Below are positions 48,756 through 57,873 of a DNA stretch of 64,000 bases, one piece after another. The DNA is from Pseudomonadota bacterium (lineage in GTDB: Bacteria > Pseudomonadota > Alphaproteobacteria > Sphingomonadales > Sphingomonadaceae): NCBI GenBank assembly GCA_040385545.1, contig JAZKHF010000066.1, positions 375-64,374 of the forward strand, written 5' to 3'. Each line of letters begins with the position of its first letter. The stretch's first letter is position 1. Both the position numbers and the translations under genes were made by a program. The notes beneath the pieces were generated by a model that ran no database searches, had not been told where the DNA came from, and was given only the letters and a program-made list of their open reading frames with translations.

Positions 48756-51164
48756 GTGTGGGGCCTGGCCCTATGGGGTGAGAGCGCCTGGGCAGACGGT
48801 TCCTCTGGGTCCAACACGCGCACCGCGAGCTCAGCACAAGACTTCGGCGCGCTGGACACCGCCGCCTCGCTCACCAGCACGATCGTCGCGGCCGGTGCGT
48901 CTTCGTTCGGCGCGCTGGCCACTGAGGCGGTTGCCGATCTGCAGGACGGCAATATCAGCGCGTCGAGCGACACCGAATTCGGCGCGCTGGCCGGCGCCGC
49001 CGCGGCCGGGGCCACGATTTCCTCAATCTCCGCCGGATCCTTTGGCGCTCTCGACACGGTAGCCACAGCCGAAGCGGCATTGCTCGGCCTCAACGCGTCC
49101 TCGACGACAGCATTCGGCGCCCTCACCTATGGCTTGTGGGGCTCAGAGCTTGCCACGAATGGAGATTTTTCGAGCTCGAGCGGCTGGTCCTCTCCTCTCG
49201 GCGGCGTCACTATCACCGGCGGGGAAGCTCAGTTCAACACTGGCACCACCGGCGCGGGTCTCGCTCGCTCGGCCACACTTTCCAAAGATGCGGTCTACCG
49301 GGTCGTCTACACGCTGCGCGATTACGTCAGCGGCGGCGTCAAATTCAAAGGGATCGGCGGTCCTGGTGAGGACGTCGGCCAGGTTCGAAGCGCGAACGGA
49401 ACCTATGAAGAGATCGTTCCCGCCACACAGAACCGCACGTTCATCAGCCTGGTTGCCGACACCGGGGGATTCGTCGGAACGATCGACGACGTCAGCGTTC
49501 GCGAGATCGTCGGGCTATCCAAGGCCGCCTCGACCATCAGCGCCGCGTCGTCGGCGAGCTTCGGGGCCCTCGATACCGTGGCCGATGCCACTGTTGAGGG
49601 CGCCGCCGAGCTCGAGGCCGATTCGGCGACGTCGTTCGGCGCGATCACCAACACCGGCGAAGGCGCGGACGTCGTCATTAACGGGGACTTCGCCGATGCC
49701 ACCGGCTGGACCGTAGGCGCCGGCCGAACGATCACCGGCGGAGAGCTTGTGGTTTCCGTCGCGGGATCAACGCCGCTGGCGCAGCGGGCGGGGGTAATGC
49801 TCCCTGGCGTCACCTATCGGGTCCGCTTCACGGTTCGCAACTATGTGAGCGGGCACGTCTTCTTTTATGGTTTCAGCGGCGGCGCCACCATAGGGACGAA
49901 CTGCAACGCCAATGGGACATACGAGCAATTCCTAACACCCACCGCGCAGAGCAACCTGGTCTCCGTCTGGGCGGCCGGGGCTGGTTTTGAGGGTTCGGTC
50001 GACGACCTGAGCGTGGTGCCAGTCACCGTCACGGCGGCGGCGGCCCTGGTTCAAGCGGCCTCGTCTACCGCGTTCGGCGCGATCGCTGGTTCGGCGGCGG
50101 CCAATGCACCGATCTCGTCAATCGGTGGCGGTGACTTCGGCTCCCTCGCGCACGTAAGCGAGGCGACGGTCCTGGCCAGCGCCGCGTCCGCCGCTTCGTT
50201 CGGCGCTCTTGTCACCACGTCGGAAGCAGGGACGGTCCAGCGCGTCGAGTCGAGCACGGCTTTCGGCGCGATCTCCACCGCGGCGGCTATCCAAAGCACG
50301 CTCGAAGCCGAGTCGATCGCTTCCTTCGGCGCCATCGCCGGCGCTTTGGCGGCCGGTGCCACCATTTCTTCGATCGCGGCCGGTAGTTTCGGAGCGCTGG
50401 CGGGATCCAGTGTGGCGATCGTGGCCAGTGCCGCGGCGTCCACGAGCGCTTTCGGCGCCCTCGCGAACACGGGCGAGGCCAAGGTCACGGTCTCCGCCAG
50501 CGCCGCCACCGCATTCGGCGAGCTCACCAACAACGGTTTCATTTCCACGCTCGGCGGCCTCAACAGCAGCACGGCGTTCGGCGCCCTTGGCACGAGTGCT
50601 CTCATCACCGCGCCTATCCAGGCGGGCGGTGCCGGCGGCTTCGGCCAGCTGGGAACCTTGGCCGCGGCGACGAGCGAACAGCGCGCGAGCTCAAGCACGG
50701 CGTTTGGAGCCCTATCCACCACGACGTCATCGGCCGCCGTCGCGCGCGCATCCGCGTCACGAGGGTTTGGAGCCTTGGGCTCGAGCTCTTCGGCCGGCGC
50801 CACGATCTCGTCTATTGCCTCTGGTTCGTTCGGCGCGCTGGTGGGAAGTGGCGTGGCGAAGATCCTGGGCGTCGCCGCGGCGGCCGGGGCGTTCGGAGCG
50901 GTCCAGACAAGCGCCACAGCGACGGCGAGCTTCGGCGGCGTGTCGGCATCGAGCGCGACTGGCTTCGGCGCTCTGGGCACAGTGTCGACCACCGTGTTGC
51001 CGATCAGTTCGTTCGCAGCTGGGAGCTTTGGCCCGTTCGTCAATGCCAGCACGGTCAAGTCGAACATCAGCGCGGCCGGCGCGGGCCAGTTTGGAGAGCT
51101 CAGCGCCAGCGCTACTGTTGCTTCGAACGACAACGTGACGCTGAGCCTCCGGATCGTCAGCTAG
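48756..51164 (+). CDS. FGAL-repeat fibre-like protein with two CBM-like inserts
   Basis: More than 20 approx. 24-aa S-x-x-FGA(L/I) repeats; two NGDF...GW domains. Confidence 0.72.
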   Translation: MWGLALWGESAWADGSSGSNTRTASSAQDFGALDTAASLTSTIVAAGASSFGALATEAVADLQDGNISASSDTEFGALAGAAAAGATISSISAGSFGALDTVATAEAALLGLNASSTTAFGALTYGLWGSELATNGDFSSSSGWSSPLGGVTITGGEAQFNTGTTGAGLARSATLSKDAVYRVVYTLRDYVSGGVKFKGIGGPGEDVGQVRSANGTYEEIVPATQNRTFISLVADTGGFVGTIDDVSVREIVGLSKAASTISAASSASFGALDTVADATVEGAAELEADSATSFGAITNTGEGADVVINGDFADATGWTVGAGRTITGGELVVSVAGSTPLAQRAGVMLPGVTYRVRFTVRNYVSGHVFFYGFSGGATIGTNCNANGTYEQFLTPTAQSNLVSVWAAGAGFEGSVDDLSVVPVTVTAAAALVQAASSTAFGAIAGSAAANAPISSIGGGDFGSLAHVSEATVLASAASAASFGALVTTSEAGTVQRVESSTAFGAISTAAAIQSTLEAESIASFGAIAGALAAGATISSIAAGSFGALAGSSVAIVASAAASTSAFGALANTGEAKVTVSASAATAFGELTNNGFISTLGGLNSSTAFGALGTSALITAPIQAGGAGGFGQLGTLAAATSEQRASSSTAFGALSTTTSSAAVARASASRGFGALGSSSSAGATISSIASGSFGALVGSGVAKILGVAAAAGAFGAVQTSATATASFGGVSASSATGFGALGTVSTTVLPISSFAAGSFGPFVNASTVKSNISAAGAGQFGELSASATVASNDNVTLSLRIVS

Positions 51165-51493
51165 GCCGCCTCGAGCTTCCGCCGATCGAGCTCAGCAAGC
51201 GCAGCGTGCACGTCTTCCAGGCTGTGCTCCCTGGCGTCAATGAAGACCACATAGTGTTGAGAGCTCTGTTGATAGTTTCCCTCTTCCATACTTTGGAGCC
51301 TGAACGCCGGCCAGACGTGTTTATTATCGACCGTCATCCATGCTTCGCCGCCCGGCGTTGCCTTTGTAAATGAGCGGTTTTCTGGATTATCCCCTGTGTT
51401 GATTCCGTTGTCGTGGATAGCTTGGAATTTTATCTTTCGGCTCCATCCGTAGTCTTCGACGGATAGGACGTTCATCTTCGCTATAACGTGCAT
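51161..51493 (-). CDS. Conserved small phage protein
   Basis: ENRSFTKATPGG...VDN motif; GAGAGG RBS. Confidence 0.7.
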   Translation of the reverse strand: MHVIAKMNVLSVEDYGWSRKIKFQAIHDNGINTGDNPENRSFTKATPGGEAWMTVDNKHVWPAFRLQSMEEGNYQQSSQHYVVFIDAREHSLEDVHAALAELDRRKLEAA

Positions 51494-51516
51494 GGCGATT
51501 CCTCTCGCAATTTAAG

Positions 51517-51607
51517 GTGAATTCCTCGTCGGGACAGCGGCGGCGGGTGCTGGAATGGCTCATCAGCAGCGCGCCCCGGTGCCAGTCCGGAAAGGCGAGG
51601 AATTTAT
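51517..51607. ncRNA. Candidate structured intergenic RNA
   Basis: GTGAATTCCTCGTC / GGCGAGGAATTTAT closing stem with nested stems. Confidence 0.4.
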
Positions 51608-51614
51608 GCGCTTT

Positions 51615-52550
51615 CTATGATTTCCGCGCAAGTGCTCTCTCCGCCGCCTCGCGCTTGCTCTTCGCCTTGTGGCACGTCTGGCACCGGAGCCTCAGATTGT
51701 CGGGCCCGTAGAACGGCCGGCGCTCTTCGTCTGAAAGGTGCCAGATGCTCCATAGCGGTGTGTCGTGGTCGACCTCGAGGCCGCCACAGTGAGGCCGCCA
51801 TTGGATCGACGAGTAGAGCCCGACGATCACGCCATCGACTCGAGTCCCCGCGAGAGGAAATAGCCGATCCCAATCGGCGTTCGTCCGCGGCCGGGCCATG
51901 CAACCCGGGACGCCCTGCCAAGCATATTTCGGAACGACCAGGTCGAGACGCCACCAGCGCCCGCCCTGCTTGCAATCCCAGCAGTCGTAGCCGTCTCGCT
52001 CGATCAGGAAGCGTGTCTGGGCGTCACGATCATAGTGGAGCAGCCACGTTTGCTTGCAGTCAGGATGCCAGTTGCGGTTCTTCCGATAGCGCCCTTCGAT
52101 GTAGCCGCCGCACCATCTGCACCAGCCGGCGCCCTTCCAGTCCTTGGGAAGCGGCACCGTGCGCCGTTCGCGGGTGAGCCGTTGTCGATCGCTTTCGGTG
52201 AGGCCCAACTGAAACCGCTTCGTCCGTTCGGCTTGGGAGAGTGGTTCGAAAGAGGACCAGAACGATCGGCGCTGCTCATCCGGCCGGCAAGCCTCGCTAC
52301 AGGCGATGAGGATTGGTTTGCCTTCGTCAAGGTCGTGGAAAGCGCCGCGCCACGTCCAGCCGCGCGCCCACGGCCCGCTCCGCGCGCATTTCGAGCAGCT
52401 GTGTTTCCTCGCACGCTCCCACGAGACAGCGATTGGCGTCTTCCGGGCGAGGATTCGATCGCGCTCGGCCGTGCCCTTCACCACGACCGAAGGCGGCGGA
52501 TCGCCCCACTTCCCGCCGCGCCGGCGAAAGTAGATACGGTAGAGGCTCAT
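51615..52550 (-). CDS. Zn-finger HNH endonuclease
   Basis: CWDC...LEVDHDTPL...DNLRLRCQTCHKAK. Confidence 0.75.
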   Translation of the reverse strand: MSLYRIYFRRRGGKWGDPPPSVVVKGTAERDRILARKTPIAVSWERARKHSCSKCARSGPWARGWTWRGAFHDLDEGKPILIACSEACRPDEQRRSFWSSFEPLSQAERTKRFQLGLTESDRQRLTRERRTVPLPKDWKGAGWCRWCGGYIEGRYRKNRNWHPDCKQTWLLHYDRDAQTRFLIERDGYDCWDCKQGGRWWRLDLVVPKYAWQGVPGCMARPRTNADWDRLFPLAGTRVDGVIVGLYSSIQWRPHCGGLEVDHDTPLWSIWHLSDEERRPFYGPDNLRLRCQTCHKAKSKREAAERALARKS

Positions 52551-52990
52551 TCCCAGCCCATGATCCGATTGATTTCCGCGACGTCCAGGTCTCCTCGCGC
52601 TCGCGCGCGCACACGAGAGACTAGCCGGCGCCAGAAGCGCCAGAAGGACGCGCGGCTGGCCTCATTCCACTCGTAGCGCTTGGCCACGCGGAAGAAGCGA
52701 TTGTAGATACGGCGCTCCGGAGATCCTGGCGGCACGAACGAACGCCAGTGGGCGGCGCACAGATAGTCGTCGATCGAAAGGTCCAGCCACCGCGCTCCAT
52801 TGTCGTTCGATCGCCACGGCGCCGCTGTGGTGCGCGTGCATCCTTCGACGACACAGGGGTTGCGGTTGTAGTGCTTCTGGCACCTGGACTGATCGCCCGG
52901 CCGGTGCGGCTTTTCCGCGATCCTCGTCCCGCACACCCGACACCAGGTCCAGTTAGGAAAATGCCAGGTGTAGGGATCGACGGAGATCAC
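52547..52990 (-). CDS. Cys-rich hypothetical protein
   Basis: CRVC, CQKH, CVVEGC, LCAAHW. Confidence 0.6.
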   Translation of the reverse strand: MISVDPYTWHFPNWTWCRVCGTRIAEKPHRPGDQSRCQKHYNRNPCVVEGCTRTTAAPWRSNDNGARWLDLSIDDYLCAAHWRSFVPPGSPERRIYNRFFRVAKRYEWNEASRASFWRFWRRLVSRVRARARGDLDVAEINRIMGWE

Positions 52991-53448
52991 GCCGCTTCCT
53001 TCGCCAAAATCAGGTATTTACGCTTCTTCGTTATCCCGACACGTTGCCAGTCGGCCATGAGGAAGCAGAAGCCGGGATTGGTCGAGCGGACCTTCTTCGG
53101 ATTGACGTAAGTGAAGAACCGCTCGCCCGGCCAGCGCTGGTGAGCGACTTCTTCGGCCGCTAGTATGAGATCACTCGATAGGCCCGCGCCTTCGTTGCGG
53201 AAGATCGCACAATTCACCCCGGTCTGGTCGTCGTCGCTCTTGAATTTTCGCCATGCGAAGAGCGCTCGGGCGCACGGCGTGACCAGAACCATCTTCTCAC
53301 CCGGTCCAACTATCAGTTTCGGCCGGCGCCCGTCGGCGTAGACGTATCGGCTATAGTGCCTTTCGAACATCGCCCTCGCGCCCGGATCGCCGTCCTTGAT
53401 GACGATCCAAGTCTCGGCCGGCTCGAGGAGAAGATGCAGCTGCGCCAT
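52987..53448 (-). CDS. Mom-like GNAT-fold protein
   Basis: FERHYS, CAIFRNEG, SSDLI, FTYVNP, NPGFCFLMADW. Confidence 0.6.
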   Translation of the reverse strand: MAQLHLLLEPAETWIVIKDGDPGARAMFERHYSRYVYADGRRPKLIVGPGEKMVLVTPCARALFAWRKFKSDDDQTGVNCAIFRNEGAGLSSDLILAAEEVAHQRWPGERFFTYVNPKKVRSTNPGFCFLMADWQRVGITKKRKYLILAKEAA

Positions 53449-54296
53449 CAGCTTCCGCAATGATCGCAGTCGCGATCGAAGGGTAGTTGGGGGTCTGGTT
53501 CGGCCAGCACGCTCTCTCTGAGCGGCCGAAAGCCGCGGTGTATGTAGAGCTCACCGTTAAGTCCCGGCCAACCACCGCGGATTGACTCGTCAAACTGGCA
53601 CGCCTCTTCGAAGTCGATCGGATCATCGACGCTCATCGACTGCCAAGCCGCGTTGTCCCGAAAGGGGCACCATTTACACGACGACTTAGCGGGCAGACGA
53701 TATTGACGCTCTTCCGCCCAGCGAACGCAGTCCCGGCGTGTCATGTTCAATTCGACCAAGGGATGCCGATTGTGGATCCATTTTTTCTCGTTCGTCGCAA
53801 CTCGGGTGAGCTCGTCGCGCGACATTCCAATCCACATTTCAACGACGGGCTCGGCTGGTCCTCGAGTCTTAGGCTTGATCCCAAGCAGCCTCGCGACCTC
53901 TTTGGCGACCACCCTGGTCTTGAAGTCCTTAGAGCACTGTTTGGGCATCATCGACTTCGATCCGGCCTCATCCAGCGCGTAGAAAGGCGGTAGCGTCGAT
54001 CCAGACCTTGGCCTCTCACCGTGAACGACAGACAGCGCGAGCTCTCCCAAGGATGGCCCAGGCCGGCGTAAGATGACGATCGGGAAAGGAAGTTGTGTCT
54101 GTAGCCATGTTAGATAGGCGTATGTTCGCCGAAGCTCGCTCCCCGTATCAGCGAAGAGTGCGAAGTCGGGCAAAGGTCCGATTTCGCCACGAGCCGCCAT
54201 AAGGCAGAGCACGGACGTCTGGACACCGCCTCCATGCGATATAACGCGGAGTTTTGCATCATCTAGCGGACGGCTGAGTTGGGGCCAGTGGTTCAT
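53448..54296 (-). CDS. PAPS-reductase-like PP-loop protein
   Basis: ISHGGGVQTS, FADTGSE, QCSKDFK, HPLVE...TRRDC, KSSCKWCPF, C-terminal CDHC. Confidence 0.8.
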   Translation of the reverse strand: MNHWPQLSRPLDDAKLRVISHGGGVQTSVLCLMAARGEIGPLPDFALFADTGSELRRTYAYLTWLQTQLPFPIVILRRPGPSLGELALSVVHGERPRSGSTLPPFYALDEAGSKSMMPKQCSKDFKTRVVAKEVARLLGIKPKTRGPAEPVVEMWIGMSRDELTRVATNEKKWIHNRHPLVELNMTRRDCVRWAEERQYRLPAKSSCKWCPFRDNAAWQSMSVDDPIDFEEACQFDESIRGGWPGLNGELYIHRGFRPLRESVLAEPDPQLPFDRDCDHCGS

Positions 54297-54508
54297 CAGA
54301 ACCAATGCTCCCGCCGACAGTCCTTCAACGCGACTGGCGACGAAAACTGGCGCTCACCCCAGCGGCGGAATGCCGCCGCGGCCTCAGATCCCGTGGGGTA
54401 GAAGACCGAGTCGACGATCGCGACCTTGCCCTCCTCGTCGATGGCGTGCCACCGCCAGCCGAGCGTCGTCTGCTGGACCTCGCCCTCGTAGTAAGCCTGG
54501 ATGCTCAT
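54296..54508 (-). CDS. Hypothetical protein
   Basis: TGATG/ATGA coupling on both sides. Confidence 0.55.
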   Translation of the reverse strand: MSIQAYYEGEVQQTTLGWRWHAIDEEGKVAIVDSVFYPTGSEAAAAFRRWGERQFSSPVALKDCRREHWF

Positions 54509-54930
54509 CTTTTGGTGCCTTTAGGATGCAGGAAAAAGCCACCCTCATCGGCATAGTTGGCGGTTTTCGTGTAGCCTTCGCTCACCCTGTAGATGCCCAA
54601 CGAAACTGAGCCGTGGCGCTGCAATTCGAGAGTTTCGAACAAGTGAGTGGGCGCGGCCGTGGCAAGAGCGATCGGGCGAAAGGCTTGCATATTCGAAAGC
54701 CGGTTAGCCCTATCTACTTCGCGATGAAGAGAGGGGGGATAATCGTCAGACGAATGGAGTGGGGCGGCCGGAAAATAAACAGCGCAGTAAAGCGGATCGG
54801 GGCGGTTGATCTCAATCCAGATTCCATCGCGTTTTTTCCAACGCCAGTTCGGCGCCGCTTTCACGGAAGGGTATATCTCTTCCCCTCGCACGTAGCCGCC
54901 AGCGCTCATCCCGAGCACCAATCGCACCAT
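54505..54930 (-). CDS. Hypothetical protein
   Basis: ORF track, overlaps neighbours. Confidence 0.45.
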   Translation of the reverse strand: MVRLVLGMSAGGYVRGEEIYPSVKAAPNWRWKKRDGIWIEINRPDPLYCAVYFPAAPLHSSDDYPPSLHREVDRANRLSNMQAFRPIALATAAPTHLFETLELQRHGSVSLGIYRVSEGYTKTANYADEGGFFLHPKGTKR

Positions 54931-55142
54931 GCCAGGTGCGCCCAGGACGAGAGCTCGAATTGGCGGACGATTAGCGTCCCCCCTGGCCCATGCTTGGCCT
55001 CAGGGCTGATCTCGACGATGATTCCCGCGTCCAGCATTCGATCGAGAACGTCGGGATGGATGCGAGGCGTGTGGCCGGCGCCCATGTCGTCGATCGCTGC
55101 GCGCTCTGCCTTCGTTCGGCCGGGATGCTGAGCGCGGGCCAT
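54906..55142 (-). CDS. Hypothetical protein
   Basis: TGATG coupling. Confidence 0.5.
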   Translation of the reverse strand: MARAQHPGRTKAERAAIDDMGAGHTPRIHPDVLDRMLDAGIIVEISPEAKHGPGGTLIVRQFELSSWAHLAWCDWCSG

Positions 55143-55441
55143 CAGGAGAAATCCTTCTCGAAGACGTGCCAGACCAGGCCACGCTGTTCGTCGACGATCG
55201 TTCCGCGGTGCCCGAAGCAGTTGGGAACCAGGGCGCCAGTCGCGAATATCTCGAACACGCGCTTGTTGCCGTGGAAATCACGGACGAGCGCGCCATGAAG
55301 ATCGGCCCAGCGGGCGATCCAGATATGAGGCACACCCTGCTGCATCGCAACGTGGAGCACTTGGCATTGCCTCGTCAGTTCAAGCTCCACTGGCTCAGTG
55401 ATGCTCAACCGGAATCTATGAATGATCCCATTCTTGTTCAT
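55142..55441 (-). CDS. Conserved small phage protein
   Basis: VLHVAMQQG...IFATG...GLVWHVFE; GGAGG RBS. Confidence 0.7.
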   Translation of the reverse strand: MNKNGIIHRFRLSITEPVELELTRQCQVLHVAMQQGVPHIWIARWADLHGALVRDFHGNKRVFEIFATGALVPNCFGHRGTIVDEQRGLVWHVFEKDFS

Positions 55442-55478
55442 GCTCTTCCTCCATCCATCTGCACCGCCACGATCTCGT

Positions 55479-55727
55479 TCATGCCGTCCTCGTGATGCGC
55501 CAGAGTTGAACGGTCTCAGATGCGAGACACGTCTGAGGGACAGCCAGGAAGGCCGCCGCCGTGAAGACCCAATCGCGGATCGCTAGTGGCCGCCGCGAGA
55601 TCGCCGGCAATGGCGGGTGGACGCCGTCGCGGGCCACCCAGCGGGTCTCGCCAACGGCGAACCGCATAAGCTCGTCGTTTAGGCTTCCGGCGTGGACTCG
55701 CTCGCCTCGATATTTTCTGCTTTTCAT
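55479..55727 (-). CDS. Hypothetical protein
   Basis: ATGA coupling. Confidence 0.5.
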   Translation of the reverse strand: MKSRKYRGERVHAGSLNDELMRFAVGETRWVARDGVHPPLPAISRRPLAIRDWVFTAAAFLAVPQTCLASETVQLWRITRTA

Positions 55728-56035
55728 GTCCGCGCTCCCATTTCGAACGCGGTCATATTGAAAACGACGTTGTCGCCAACGGTGATGACGTTCGAGTCGA
55801 GCGAAATGTCGAAGCTCCCGCGTCCGGTGATGCCAACGGTGCCGAAGGCCACGATCTCTCCGCTCTTGCGGTCGACGACCTGGGAGTGCTCGGCCACCCC
55901 TGACGCCACCGCGCGCTCAGTCGCGATCCCTAACTTGGCCTCAAAGGCGACAAGCAGCGTGCCGAACGACGCCCCTGCCTCTACAGCGCGTGTGTTCAAT
56001 TCTCCGGTGCGGAGTTCGATCAGATAATTTGTCAT
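55724..56035 (-). CDS. Hypothetical protein
   Basis: Preceded by GCACGGGCA motif. Confidence 0.55.
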   Translation of the reverse strand: MTNYLIELRTGELNTRAVEAGASFGTLLVAFEAKLGIATERAVASGVAEHSQVVDRKSGEIVAFGTVGITGRGSFDISLDSNVITVGDNVVFNMTAFEMGART

Positions 56036-56060
56036 GTTGCCCGTGCTTTCCCTGGTTAAA

Positions 56061-56279
56061 TCAGCCCTTCGTGGGCGGTGGAGTCCATCCTAGTTGAATG
56101 AGCGCGACGCGAATACTCGCTTCCTGCAGATCGATTGCGCCCTGCCACAGAGCATCGCCGCGTTCCTTGCCGAAGATCGACGTGACGATCTCCTTCTCGA
56201 TCAGGAACGGCCGGTAGCGCGTCTTGACGATCAGCTGAGGGAGATCGTCGCTCCCGGTTGCGCCTTCCAAACGTCCCAT
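56061..56279 (-). CDS. Hypothetical protein
   Basis: AGGAG RBS; ALIQLGWTPP end. Confidence 0.6.
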   Translation of the reverse strand: MGRLEGATGSDDLPQLIVKTRYRPFLIEKEIVTSIFGKERGDALWQGAIDLQEASIRVALIQLGWTPPPTKG

Positions 56280-56291
56280 CTGCCCGTGCTC

Positions 56292-56426
56292 CTACGCAAT
56301 CGTGACGCCGAACCATCCGAAGATGGTGCGGATCAACCAGGGAATGCCGAACAAAAACGTCGGCCCCAAGAGAATTCCGATGCCGACGCCAGCAGCGATC
56401 GGATGCGGCTTGCCTTCACGAACCAT
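56292..56426 (-). CDS. 44-aa TM peptide (below ORF-track cut-off)
   Basis: MVREGKPHPIAAGVGIGILLG...GVTIA*, TAATG coupling to ligase. Confidence 0.6.
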   Translation of the reverse strand: MVREGKPHPIAAGVGIGILLGPTFLFGIPWLIRTIFGWFGVTIA

Positions 56427-57316
56427 TAGCTTGCTCCCTTGTCGTCACGAAATCTCAGGAATGAGACGCCTTTCAATAATCCGCCGGCGGTGCGGCCAAG
56501 ATGCTTGATCTCAACCATGCGCCCTGTCCGCCACTCGTCCAGCGCCCAACGGCTGGCCTCAGTGAAGCCCGTGGGCACGACGTTCGGCTTGCCTTGGAAC
56601 GTCACGATGATCGACTTCATCCGTCCGCCTTCGGATCGGATGCTCTGGATCGGCACGTCGACGCTCTGACAGTCCTTCACCTTGAGCCAGAAGGGCGAGT
56701 CGGCGCGGACGTAAGGCGCGGTTGCATCCTTGACTATGATGCCTTCCTGGTCCGCGTCGAACGCGATCCTCGCACACTCGGCGATGCGGATCGGATCAGG
56801 GCGATCGATCGTGTAGCGGTCGACCAGCTTCACCATGCGAGGCCGGACGTTCGCAAACACAGCTTCGAGCATGGCGCGGCGGTCCTGGTCCGGCTGGCTG
56901 AGCTCGTGCCCGTGCCAGACGGTGAGCGGTATCGCTTCCCATAGGACCACAGCGCCCTCGCCCACACCGCTCTGGAATGCGGCTAGCGTCGCGCCGAAGC
57001 CGCCGCGCTCGATATATTCGCCCTGCAGCATCATCGGACGCCCGTAGGCTTCACGGATGGCCATAAGCTCCGGACCCAGGTGCTCCGCCGCGTCGAACGG
57101 CACGCCTTGAAGCGATTGGAGCCGTCCGTTGACGTCCAGGAGCCCGATGCCGTCGGCCTTGATCTCGACGGCGGCCCGGCTGGGAACCAGGTCGTCGCGG
57201 AACGGGATCGGTCGCATGGCCAGTTGGCCGGCATTGATATTCCGCCGGCGCGCGTCTTCCATTGCGCGTGCGGTGGGATCAGCGAAAGCGAGCACAGTTT
57301 TTCTCCATTGCTTCAA
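56426..57316 (-). CDS. Minimal ATP-dependent DNA ligase
   Basis: EIKADG, LQGEY, EGIIVKD, WLKVK, C-terminal FLRFRDDK. Confidence 0.88.
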   Translation of the reverse strand: MKQWRKTVLAFADPTARAMEDARRRNINAGQLAMRPIPFRDDLVPSRAAVEIKADGIGLLDVNGRLQSLQGVPFDAAEHLGPELMAIREAYGRPMMLQGEYIERGGFGATLAAFQSGVGEGAVVLWEAIPLTVWHGHELSQPDQDRRAMLEAVFANVRPRMVKLVDRYTIDRPDPIRIAECARIAFDADQEGIIVKDATAPYVRADSPFWLKVKDCQSVDVPIQSIRSEGGRMKSIIVTFQGKPNVVPTGFTEASRWALDEWRTGRMVEIKHLGRTAGGLLKGVSFLRFRDDKGAS

Positions 57317-57593
57317 GGGCGCGGTCGCGCAGCTGGTCGTAGAGCGCCGAGTCTTCGAACGCGCGCCACTTCAACGCGGCGGCCACGGTGTCGAATGCCT
57401 TGCGCCGCTGGCGCCGCGCATGGCCCGTGACGGTCGACTCCCCGACGATCTCCGCGATGTAGCTCAGGCCAGCTTCCTTCGACGGCGTCACGTAGATCGT
57501 GAGCACGGTCCAGTTGCGCTTGCCTTCGCGGTAGCTCGACGCGGCGGCGACCACAGCCGCCGCGCCAAGGTCCAGGTCGTCCAGATCAGTCAT
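57279..57593 (-). CDS. Hypothetical protein
   Basis: WTVLTIY...YIAEIVGES motif, overlaps neighbours. Confidence 0.6.
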   Translation of the reverse strand: MTDLDDLDLGAAAVVAAASSYREGKRNWTVLTIYVTPSKEAGLSYIAEIVGESTVTGHARRQRRKAFDTVAAALKWRAFEDSALYDQLRDRALEAMEKNCARFR

Positions 57594-57873
57594 CTTCTTT
57601 TCCTTCGAACATCAGGCCGATGCGGTTCCATTCGACCATGAATTCCTCAACCAGCGCAGCGCGCTCTTCTTCGGGGAGCCAGCCTGACATTTGAGGAAAG
57701 ACCACTCCCCAATAGCCGTGCTTGCGCCGGTCCCACGGTGGCTGATGGCGCGCTCTCTTGGCCAAGGCCAAGGCGGCGTTCAACTCAACCCTAGCCTCGG
57801 CTGGGAAGTCCGGTCCTGGACGTTCCGTAACCGGAAGGTCGAACGCACCCTGAGGCGGGGTCCAATTATTCAT
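57586..57873 (-). CDS. Hypothetical protein
   Basis: ATGA coupling. Confidence 0.55.
   Translation of the reverse strand: MNNWTPPQGAFDLPVTERPGPDFPAEARVELNAALALAKRARHQPPWDRRKHGYWGVVFPQMSGWLPEEERAALVEEFMVEWNRIGLMFEGKEDD

Noticed and set aside
51559-51566. CUGAUGAG hammerhead core on the - strand
   Set aside because: No stem II followed by GAAA and no matching cleavage-site stem
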